DNA of 64,000 bases, from positions 53,181 to 117,180 of the forward strand of contig JAVKHQ010000005.1 in assembly GCA_031459875.1 (NCBI GenBank), given 5' to 3'. The DNA comes from Candidatus Fervidifonticultor sextus (lineage in GTDB: Bacteria; Sysuimicrobiota; Sysuimicrobiia; Sysuimicrobiales; Humicultoraceae). Numbering within the stretch: position 1 is the stretch's first letter; each line of letters opens with the position of its first letter. The position numbers were made by a program, and so were the translations under genes. This document shows, piece after piece, positions 56,373 through 64,000 of the stretch. The notes under the pieces were generated by a model that searched no databases, had not been told where the DNA came from, and worked only from the letters and a program-made list of their open reading frames with translations.

Positions 56373-57128
56373 CTAGTGCGGGTGTCGGTGCCGGAGGATG
56401 TGAGGCCGCTCCAGCCCGTGGGCCAGCATCAGCGCCTCGTCGTTGAGGATCTGCACCGTCGGGCCTTCGGCCACCACCACTCCGCCGTCGAGGACGACCA
56501 CGCGCGGGCACACCTCGACCACCAGCTCCAGGTCGTGGGTGGCGATGATCTGGGTCACGGGCAGAGTCTTCAAGAGGCCCACGAGCTCGCGCCGTCCCCG
56601 GGGGTCCAGGCCGCTGGACGGTTCGTCCAGGGCCAGGATGCGGGCCTCGCACGCCAGCAGGCCGGCCAGGCAGACCCGGCGCTTCTCGCCGTGACTGAGG
56701 CGGGAGGGATGGCGGTCCTCGAACCCCGCCAGGCCCACGCGCTGCAGGGCGTCCCGGACGCGGGCCGATAATTCCGGCCCCTGGCGCCCCAACTGCTGCG
56801 GGCCAAACGCGACATCCTCCCAGACGGTGGGACAGAACAACTGATCATCCGGATCCTGGAACAGCAGGCCGACCTGCGCACGGATGGCGGGCAGGTGTGG
56901 CTCCGCCACGGGCGTCCCGAAGACCCGCACGGCGGCCTCACGGGCCGGATGGTCGGGCAGCAGGCCGTTGAGGTGCCACAGCAGGGTGGACTTGCCGGCG
57001 CCGTTCGGGCCGATCAGGCCGACCCGGTCGCCTTCGGCGACAGAGAAGCTGACGTCACGCAGGGCCTCCGTGCCGTCGGCGTACCGGTAGGCCAGATGGC
57101 GGATCTCGAGGGCGTCTACGTCTTCCAC
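56373..57128 (-). CDS. ECF transporter ATPase (NikO/CbiO)
   Basis: GPNGAGKST, FQDPDDQLF, LSHGEK, DEP. Confidence 0.92.
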   Translation of the reverse strand: MEDVDALEIRHLAYRYADGTEALRDVSFSVAEGDRVGLIGPNGAGKSTLLWHLNGLLPDHPAREAAVRVFGTPVAEPHLPAIRAQVGLLFQDPDDQLFCPTVWEDVAFGPQQLGRQGPELSARVRDALQRVGLAGFEDRHPSRLSHGEKRRVCLAGLLACEARILALDEPSSGLDPRGRRELVGLLKTLPVTQIIATHDLELVVEVCPRVVVLDGGVVVAEGPTVQILNDEALMLAHGLERPHILRHRHPH

Positions 57129-57730
57129 CCCCTCGCGCACATGGCAGCGTAGATCCGCTCGGCCCGCTCTGAGGTGCGCAGGAAGAGGTGGCCGATCACC
57201 GTGGCGGACGACCGCCAGGCGAACCACCGGCCGCGCACGAAGGTCCGACTCCGGCGCGCCCGATGCATCCGGCCCATCTCCTCCACCAGCACGTACAGGT
57301 ACCGGTACAACAGCGCCAGCGTGGTCACCAGCAGGGACGGGACACGCAGGCGCGCCAGCGTCTGCAGGATGTCCGAGAAGCGCGTCGTGGCGCCCAGCAG
57401 GACGATGCTGGCCAGGCACAGCGTGCTCTTCGCCAGCAGCGCGAGGAACACCACCACGCCACCGCGCTGCAGCAGGGAAAGCCCGGCCACCCCCAGGGCG
57501 AACGGTTCGACGACCAGGAGTCGGGCGCCGAGACGGCGCAGGGGCACCCGCGACGCCGCAGCCGCGGCCACCAGCGCCAGAGCCGCAGCGGCATAGGCGG
57601 GCCAGGTCCCGCGCGGCAGCAGGACCACGGCGAAGACGAAGCCCGACGCGGCGGCCAGTTTCACCGCCGGTGCCAGTCGGTGGACGGGACTCGACCCGGG
57701 CTGGTAGGGATCAGACAGGCCGTGGTGCAC
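57116..57730 (-). CDS. ECF transporter T component (NikQ/CbiQ)
   Basis: SPVHRL, YRY, ARRSR, AMCARG. Confidence 0.88.
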   Translation of the reverse strand: MHHGLSDPYQPGSSPVHRLAPAVKLAAASGFVFAVVLLPRGTWPAYAAAALALVAAAAASRVPLRRLGARLLVVEPFALGVAGLSLLQRGGVVVFLALLAKSTLCLASIVLLGATTRFSDILQTLARLRVPSLLVTTLALLYRYLYVLVEEMGRMHRARRSRTFVRGRWFAWRSSATVIGHLFLRTSERAERIYAAMCARGWKT

Positions 57731-58706
57731 TGCCGTGCGCGCCTCCCGCACGGGGAATCGGACCGCGAGCGCCCCGCGGCACGAGGAGGCGGGCCAGCCC
57801 ATACGCCAGGACGAAAGCCACCACCGTGCCGCTCGCCCCGGCGACGGCCGTGGACGCGGCGGGGGAGGCGATGCCCGCGACAGCATAGTCGGCCAGGGGC
57901 GAGGAGGCCGCCGGGCTCTCGGAGGCTCGCTCGGCGAACCCCAGGCGCTCCGCCACCATCTCCAGACCGTCCGGCCAGGTGGACGCGAAGGGAGCTACGA
58001 AGACGGCCAGCCCCAACGCCACGAGGGCGCCGTAGCCGACCATGGTCCGGTCCCCGACCCGACCGGCCCCCGTGGTGCGGTCGTCGAGCAGCTCCGGACG
58101 GGCTCCGGCGACTGCGGCCACCACAAGGGTGGTGATCAGCGCTTCGCCGACGCCGATTACCATGTGGATGCCCGTCATGGCCGGAAAGACCACGTCCCAG
58201 GCCACTGTCCCTGAGGCCCCCAGCTGTCCGGCGCAGGCCACCGACGCGGCGACTGTGGAGCACCACGCGCCGAAGGCCGCACCGGTCAGCCGCGCCCGCA
58301 GGTCGCCGCCCCACAGACGGCTCACACCCCGATAGGCAGCGTACCCGACCAGCGGGGCGACCACCGCCATATTGAAGATGTTGGCGCCCAGCGCCGTGAG
58401 TCCGCCGTCGGCGAAGAGCAACGCCTGAAGGATCAAGACCGACGACATGACCACGACGGCCGCAGTGGGCCCCACGAGGACGGCCGCCAGCGTGGCTCCG
58501 ATCAGGTGCCCGGATGTCCCCCCGGCCACGGGAAAGTTGAGCATCTGCGCCGCGAAGATGAACGCCGCGGCGACGCCGACGAGCGGGACGCGCCGATCGG
58601 GGAGCGTCCGTCTGGCGCCGCGCAGGGCGAGGCCGAGTCCAGCCGCGGCCAGAGCGCCGCCGGCCAGCGCCGTTCTGGCGTCAAGGAAGCCGTCGGGAAT
58701 GTGCAC
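57711..58706 (-). CDS. NikMN/CbiM substrate component with PDGLE domain
   Basis: MHIPDG, FAAQM, TSGH, PDGLE. Confidence 0.92.
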   Translation of the reverse strand: MHIPDGFLDARTALAGGALAAAGLGLALRGARRTLPDRRVPLVGVAAAFIFAAQMLNFPVAGGTSGHLIGATLAAVLVGPTAAVVVMSSVLILQALLFADGGLTALGANIFNMAVVAPLVGYAAYRGVSRLWGGDLRARLTGAAFGAWCSTVAASVACAGQLGASGTVAWDVVFPAMTGIHMVIGVGEALITTLVVAAVAGARPELLDDRTTGAGRVGDRTMVGYGALVALGLAVFVAPFASTWPDGLEMVAERLGFAERASESPAASSPLADYAVAGIASPAASTAVAGASGTVVAFVLAYGLARLLVPRGARGPIPRAGGAHGSAPRPV

Positions 58707-58718
58707 GTCCCACCTCCG

Positions 58719-59144
58719 TTAGGCGGTGAACTCCCTGCCGGTCGCGGTCACGGTGAGCCGCCCGTGTTTGACGCCCCTGGTCGCCACCAGGCGGTCGGCG
58801 ATCTTCCTGACGTCGCGGGCCCGCCCGCGGACGGCCAGCACCTCGAGGCAGTTGCGGTGATCCAGGTGCACGTGCAGGGTGGAGATGATCAGGTGGGGAT
58901 GGTGGTGCTGGATCTCCGTGAGCAGGGCCTGGACGCCTCGCTTGTGGTGGTCGTAGACGAGGGTGATGGTGCCCGCAATCGGACGGTTCCCCCGCTCGGC
59001 CCGGTAGTCGACCAGCCGGCTGCGCACCATGTCGGCGACCGCGTGGGAGCGGTTGCGGTATCCCTTGGCCTTCGCCATGGCGTCGAGCTGGCCGACCAGA
59101 TCCGCCGCCATGGAGATGCTGAAGCGCTTCAGCGCCGGCTTCAT
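58719..59144 (-). CDS. nikR: Nickel-responsive regulator NikR
   Basis: RFSIS ribbon-helix-helix, NRS, YDHH, HVHLDH..CLE. Confidence 0.95.
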   Translation of the reverse strand: MKPALKRFSISMAADLVGQLDAMAKAKGYRNRSHAVADMVRSRLVDYRAERGNRPIAGTITLVYDHHKRGVQALLTEIQHHHPHLIISTLHVHLDHRNCLEVLAVRGRARDVRKIADRLVATRGVKHGRLTVTATGREFTA

Positions 59145-59172
59145 GGTGGGCCCGGGTGACCGGGGATCGCCA

Positions 59173-59204
59173 GGGTGTTACCTTCCTATCAAATCGTAAC
59201 ACCC
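59173..59204. promoter_or_regulatory. Candidate NikR operator
   Basis: gggtgttac-N14-gtaacaccc, i.e. GTGTTA-N16-TAACAC, just upstream of nikR. Confidence 0.8.
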
Positions 59205-59298
59205 ACCGGACGCGACATCAATGGGAGTCTCAGGTGCGCCTTGTCTGGGGACGCGGCACCCCCCGTGCCTCGGCATTGACCGGGCGGTGTCCTGCTCA

Positions 59299-60711
59299 CT
59301 AGCCGCCGCTTTGCATCTTCTCCCGCAGCGCGGCCAGTGGGGGGCTGAGCGCCACGTGGTAGGCGATCCCGTCCTCGAGGGTCCTGTACTCCTCCGGCAG
59401 CGAGGCCAGCCGCTCGGTGCACCGCTGGCGGATCGTGGGCAACGGCTCCGCCCACACGCGGCGGCCGCCCTCCATCACCGGGACCAGCAGCGGCGTCGCG
59501 CCCGGGGGGCCTGGTTCCTCCAGCAGCGCGATCAGGTCCCCCGCCGGCTGGCCGTCGGGATCGAAGCGCCGCCAGACCTGCTTGCGGCCCGGCAGCGTGG
59601 CCTTGCCGGTACTGAGCTTGAACCGGTAGCCCTTCTCGTCTTCGACGAGTTTGTAGACGCCGCCGATGCTGGGAGCGTCCGCCGACGTGCCGAGTTCGGT
59701 CCCGACCCCAAACGCGTCGGCGGCCGCCCCCCGGTCCAGCAGGTCGGCGATCTTGTACTCGTTGAGGTCGCCGCTGAGAAAGACCTGGACCTCGCGGAGG
59801 CCCGCTGCGTCCAGTGCGGCGCGCACCGCGCGGCTCTGGGTCACCAGGTCGCCGCTGTCGATGCGCACCCCCCGCAGCCGCCCGCCCCGGGCGGCCATCT
59901 CCCGCCCCACGGTGATCGCGTTGGCCACCCCCTGCATCGTGTCGTAGGTGTCGATCAGCAGCACGGCGTTGTGGGGGAAGTCCCGGGCGAAGGCGCGGAA
60001 GGCTTCCAGTTCGTCTGAGAACGACATGATGTACGAATGGGCCATGGTGCCGGTCACGGGGATGCCGTAGAGCATGCCCGCGAGCACGTTGGACGTGGCG
60101 GTGCAGCCGCCGATGTAGGCGGCGCGCGCCGCCTTCAGGGCCGCGTCGGTGCCGTGGTCCCGACGCGGCGAGAAGTCCGCGACCCCCCGGCCGCGCGCAG
60201 CCAGCACGATCCGCGCCGCCTTGCTGGCCACCATGACCTGGAAGTTCAAGGTGTTCAGCAGGAACGTCTCGACGACCTGGGCCTCGATGCGCGGGCCGCT
60301 GACCTCCAGCAGCGGCTCGGGTGGGAAGCACAGCTCGCCTTCCGGGATCGCGCGCACATCGCCGGTGAAGCGGAAGGTGCGCAGGTAGTCCAGGAACGCC
60401 TCGCTGAACACCCCGAGGCTGCGCAGGTAGCCGACGGCTTCCCCGGTGAAGCGCAGGGCCTCCAGGCCGGCCAGGGCCGTTTCCAGGCCCGCGCTGACCA
60501 GGAACGAGCGGCCGGGGGGCAGCGAGCGGACGAAGAGGGCGAAGGTGGCCCGATCGTTCATCCCATGGCGGAGATAGCTGTCCGCCATGGTGAGTTCATA
60601 GAGGTCGACCAGCAGCGCGAGGTTGTCGGGCGTCACATATCCGAACCCGTCGGATGTCGGCGGACTCCCGCCGGCCGGCCGGTTGCCCGGTGGCGTGCTG
60701 GGTGTGTTCAC
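59299..60711 (-). CDS. pncB: Nicotinate phosphoribosyltransferase
   Basis: DLYELTM, GTMAHS, LIDTYD, VRIDSGD, FGVGT, VYKLVE; GTGA overlap with corA; start uncertain. Confidence 0.93.
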   Translation of the reverse strand: MNTPSTPPGNRPAGGSPPTSDGFGYVTPDNLALLVDLYELTMADSYLRHGMNDRATFALFVRSLPPGRSFLVSAGLETALAGLEALRFTGEAVGYLRSLGVFSEAFLDYLRTFRFTGDVRAIPEGELCFPPEPLLEVSGPRIEAQVVETFLLNTLNFQVMVASKAARIVLAARGRGVADFSPRRDHGTDAALKAARAAYIGGCTATSNVLAGMLYGIPVTGTMAHSYIMSFSDELEAFRAFARDFPHNAVLLIDTYDTMQGVANAITVGREMAARGGRLRGVRIDSGDLVTQSRAVRAALDAAGLREVQVFLSGDLNEYKIADLLDRGAAADAFGVGTELGTSADAPSIGGVYKLVEDEKGYRFKLSTGKATLPGRKQVWRRFDPDGQPAGDLIALLEEPGPPGATPLLVPVMEGGRRVWAEPLPTIRQRCTERLASLPEEYRTLEDGIAYHVALSPPLAALREKMQSGG

Positions 60712-61673
60712 AGCCAGCGCAGGCGGCGGAAGACGGCCAGCATGACGGCGACGCTGGCCGCCATCAGGCCCAGCGCCGCGTAGAACCCGTACCGCCACCC
60801 AAAGGGAGGAAACGGGTGCTCGAAGTTCATCCCGTAGATGCCCGTGATCACGGCCAGGGATGCGAAGACCGCGGTGATGATCGTCAGCACCTTGACAATC
60901 TCGTTGAGCCGGTTGGAGACCAGGCTCAGATAGATGTCCAGCGCGCCGGCCAGCAGGTCCCGGTGGGTGTCGATCTGCTCGGTGATGCGCAGCAGGTGGT
61001 CGTAGATGTCGCGGAAGTACGCGCGCAGCCCCTCGCCGATCAGCCGCGTATCGTGGCGCAGGAGGAGGTTCATGATATCGCGCTGGGGAGCGGCGATGCG
61101 GCGCAGGGTCAGCAGCGCACGCTTGGACGCGAACAACCGGTCCAGCGTCCTCGAGCTGGGCCTCTTGAAGAGGGTGTCCTCCAGCCGCTCGATGTCGTCG
61201 TCGAGGGCGTCCAGCACCGGGAAGTAGGAGTCCACCACCGCGTCCAAAATCACGTACAGGAGATAGCCGTTGGACCGGCGCAGATCGGCGGGGGCCTGCA
61301 CCAGGCGCCGGCGCGCCTCCTCGAGGGCCGCGGATGTCCCGCTGTGGACGGTGATGACGTAGGCCGGCCCATAGAACACGTCGATCTCGTCGGTGGCCAC
61401 GTCGTGCCCCCCGGCGCCCTTCGCCCGTGCGGCGTGGGTGGTGATGAACAGGAACCCCTCGTACTCCTCGGCCTTGGGCCGCTGCCGGCGCTTGAGGGCG
61501 TCTTCCACGGCCAGCGGGTGCAGGGCGAAGATGCCGGCGACCTGCGCCATGGTCTGTGCCGTGGGGTCGGGCAGGTCGATCCACAGGACCTGGCCCTCGC
61601 GGTCCCGCAGCGCCGCCAGCGGCTCCTGCGGATCGAGGATCACCTCCGCGTCGCGGAGGACCAGGACGCGCAT
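60708..61673 (-). CDS. corA: Magnesium/cobalt transporter CorA
   Basis: LHPLAVED, RPK.E.Y, YGMNF. Confidence 0.93.
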   Translation of the reverse strand: MRVLVLRDAEVILDPQEPLAALRDREGQVLWIDLPDPTAQTMAQVAGIFALHPLAVEDALKRRQRPKAEEYEGFLFITTHAARAKGAGGHDVATDEIDVFYGPAYVITVHSGTSAALEEARRRLVQAPADLRRSNGYLLYVILDAVVDSYFPVLDALDDDIERLEDTLFKRPSSRTLDRLFASKRALLTLRRIAAPQRDIMNLLLRHDTRLIGEGLRAYFRDIYDHLLRITEQIDTHRDLLAGALDIYLSLVSNRLNEIVKVLTIITAVFASLAVITGIYGMNFEHPFPPFGWRYGFYAALGLMAASVAVMLAVFRRLRWL

Positions 61674-61799
61674 CCCGGCTGCGCTAGCGGGCATTAGAAG
61701 ACAATTCGGCCGGCCCCCGGGGTTTCCTTGCATGCCTTCGAGGAGGAGCGCCGGAGCTTAGCATCGAACGCAGGGGCGGGGTGTGGGGAGTGGGATTGG

Positions 61800-62366
61800 A
61801 TGGTGCGACGCGGGCAGCGAGCGCGACAGGCCGGCTGGACGGTCGCCGCGCTCCTGGCGCTGGCCGTCGGCGCCGGGACGGGCGCGGCGGGACCGAGGTG
61901 GGTCACCTACCGTCATCCGGGGCTCGGGTTTTCCATCGGGTACCCGGCGGGCTGGACGGTCAAGACGACCAATCTGCCCCCCGGCGTCCAGGTGCTCATT
62001 GAAGGGCCCCGGGCGGCCGGCTCGGCCACTGTCCCCCTCACGGTGGGGGTGATGGTGACGCCCGTGCCGTTCGACACCAGCATCGACGACTTCTTCGACA
62101 ACCGCGAAGACGCCGTCCAGCGCGCCCCCCGCAGCAGCGGGTACCAGCGCCTCCGGCTCGCGGGGGTGCACATCGGAGGTCTTCCGGCGATCCTCTGGTA
62201 TTTCGTCCAGCAGGCGGGCGGCGTCCGCCTGTACCACATCCATCTGCTGATCGTGGACGGCCTCCGCGGCTACTCGGTGACGGCCACCACGTCCGCCTCG
62301 TCGCCACGCCTGAGGGAGGAAACGCAACTGTTGCAGGACAGCCTCATGACCTTCCGCCCCCGCTAG
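61800..62366 (+). CDS. Secreted PsbP/DcrB-like protein
   Basis: Signal peptide, GFSIGYPAGW, C-terminal SLMTFR. Confidence 0.6.
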   Translation: MVRRGQRARQAGWTVAALLALAVGAGTGAAGPRWVTYRHPGLGFSIGYPAGWTVKTTNLPPGVQVLIEGPRAAGSATVPLTVGVMVTPVPFDTSIDDFFDNREDAVQRAPRSSGYQRLRLAGVHIGGLPAILWYFVQQAGGVRLYHIHLLIVDGLRGYSVTATTSASSPRLREETQLLQDSLMTFRPR

Positions 62367-62430
62367 TCCCGCCGACACCCTCCCGCCCCCCGGGAATAGC
62401 ACGCGGCGTCGGACGGTTTGGTCAGGGACG

Positions 62431-62907
62431 ATGGAGCCCAAGGCGAGGAAGCAGGCGCTGGACCTGATGACCTACGGGCTGTACGTCGTCGGCACCCACC
62501 GCGGCGAGGAGAAACACGCGGTGATGGTCAACTGGCTGACGCAGGCGTCCTTCGACCCTCCCCTGGTGGTCCTGGCTCTGATGAAGGAGGCCCTCTCCAC
62601 CGAGATGGTGGCCGAGACCGGGCAATTCTCGGTCAACATCCCCGCGGCGGACCAGGCTGCTTTCGCCAAGACCTTCATCCGGCGGCGGCCCCGCGAAGGG
62701 AACCGCCTGGGCGGCTATGAATTCTACACCAAGTCCACCGGTGCGCCCATCTTCACCGACGCCCTGGCGTTCTTCGAGTGCCGGGTCGTGGCGACGGTGG
62801 ACCGGGGCGACCACCTGATCTTCGTCGCCGAGGTCATCGACGCGGGCGTGCACCGTGAGGGCGATCCGCTGACGCTGCGCGCCACCGGGATGCACTATGC
62901 AGGGTAG
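62431..62907 (+). CDS. Flavin reductase-like FMN-binding protein
   Basis: YGLYVV, QASFDPP, FSVN, GDH.IF.AEV. Confidence 0.88.
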   Translation: MEPKARKQALDLMTYGLYVVGTHRGEEKHAVMVNWLTQASFDPPLVVLALMKEALSTEMVAETGQFSVNIPAADQAAFAKTFIRRRPREGNRLGGYEFYTKSTGAPIFTDALAFFECRVVATVDRGDHLIFVAEVIDAGVHREGDPLTLRATGMHYAG

Positions 62908-62929
62908 ACCATGGAGAGGGGGGACCGGG

Positions 62930-63400
62930 GTGGGGGTCGAGGTCGGACAGCAGGCACCCGACGTCACGCTGGTGAGCGCGGACCGCAAGGCGGTCAGGCT
63001 CAGCGAATTTCGCGGCCGGCCCACGGTGCTGGCGTTCTTCCCCGGCGCCTACACCGCCACGTGCACCAGGGAGATGTGCGCCCTCCGCGACGGTCTGGAG
63101 AAGTTCCACGCGATGGCTGCCCAGGTTGTGGGGATCAGCGTGGACCTGCCGCCGTCGCAGAAGGCCTGGGCCGAGCATCTCGGGCTGAATTTCACGCTGC
63201 TGTCGGACTTCAACCGGGAGGGCATTCGCGCCTTCGGCGTCGAGGATCCCAACTTTTGGGGAGGCCTGCTGCCGGGGGTGGCCATGCGCTCGGTCTTCGT
63301 CCTGGACCGGGATGGGATCGTCCGGTACAAGTGGGTGGCCCCCACGCAGGGGACCGAGCCGAACTACGACGAGGTGGAAGCGGCGGTCAGATCCCTGTAG
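62930..63400 (+). CDS. Peroxiredoxin (AhpE/BCP-like)
   Basis: GQQAPD, FFPGAYTATCTREMC, GISVD, LLSDFN, RSVF. Confidence 0.9.
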   Translation: MGVEVGQQAPDVTLVSADRKAVRLSEFRGRPTVLAFFPGAYTATCTREMCALRDGLEKFHAMAAQVVGISVDLPPSQKAWAEHLGLNFTLLSDFNREGIRAFGVEDPNFWGGLLPGVAMRSVFVLDRDGIVRYKWVAPTQGTEPNYDEVEAAVRSL

Positions 63401-63446
63401 TCCTCGTCTTCCCAGGCGGCCTCGCACGGCGTCCGCGGTGCGTTGC

Positions 63447-64000
63447 TCACTGCTCACTCACCTCCCCAGGGGCCAGCTTCGCGGCCCGTACCCCGAGCAG
63501 CCGCACCGGCCGGTCGACGGTCACGCGCTCCAGCAGGCTGAGGGCCACCTGTGCCAGGGTCTTTGCGTCCCCGATCGGCGCGGAGAGCGTGCGCGAGCGC
63601 GTCACCGTGTGGAAGTTGGCGAACCGCACCTTGAGGGTGATCGTGGCCGCCCGGTAGCCGTCCGCCCGGAGATCCCGCGCGACCTCACAAGCCAGGGCGA
63701 CGATCTTCTGGCGGATAATCTCCGGGCGGCGCAGGTCCACCTGGAAGGTCTCCTCGCGGCTGAGCGATTTGGGCTCCCAGGCGGGTTCCACCGGGCTCTC
63801 GTCGATGCCGCGCGCGCGCTCGTACAGCGCGGCGCCGTGGGTCGGGCCGAACTCCCCGACAAGCTGTGCCTTACTCAGCGCAGCCAGGTCACCCACGGTC
63901 GCGACCCCGAACGCCTCCTTCAGGCGCGCCGCGGTCTTCGGCCCGACGCCCCAGAGGACCGTGACCGGCAGCGGGGCCAGCCGCGCCTGCACGTCGTCAG
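63447..64000 (-). CDS. dinB: DNA polymerase IV, C-terminal part
   Basis: LWGVGPKT, RARGID, KSLSREETF, TLKVRF..F...TRS, VRLLGV. Confidence 0.9.
   Translation of the reverse strand, partial: DDVQARLAPLPVTVLWGVGPKTAARLKEAFGVATVGDLAALSKAQLVGEFGPTHGAALYERARGIDESPVEPAWEPKSLSREETFQVDLRRPEIIRQKIVALACEVARDLRADGYRAATITLKVRFANFHTVTRSRTLSAPIGDAKTLAQVALSLLERVTVDRPVRLLGVRAAKLAPGEVSEQ

Overview
High-GC bacterial chromosomal window, densely coding, with no rRNA, tRNA or CRISPR array that I could see. The backbone is a housekeeping run (tal/fsa-rho-rpmE-tdk-prfA-prmC-sua5-like-rpiB-glyA-upp, glnA, dCMP deaminase, DEAD-box helicase, PiT/DUF47, ppa, rbsK, rplY-pth, NSAR/OSBS with GNAT and M20 peptidase, NikR with a Ni/Co ECF transporter, pncB, corA, partial dinB). 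It carries a ~6.6 kb accessory insert between rpmE and tdk and a large copper-handling region at ~28.1-39.4 kb. Main observations: (1) three paralogous His-rich membrane/secreted ORFs ending in VPDPPPR each sit 90-101 nt upstream of a copper operon, and each 3' end can pair with the downstream Shine-Dalgarno; this suggests a CxxC-free ribosome-stalling copper-sensing leader system analogous to CutF/CruR. (2) An ArsC-type arsenate reductase has an in-frame TGA at its catalytic Cys, a probable selenoprotein. (3) The DEAD-box helicase must start at a non-canonical codon, most likely ATT. (4) A PlsY is fused to an acyl-ACP-reductase-like domain. (5) A cupredoxin is fused to a His-studded beta-propeller. 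(6) The second PCu(A)C copy is interrupted by TAG, and an IS1634-like remnant is present. All family calls come from motif recognition by eye; no database searches were run.
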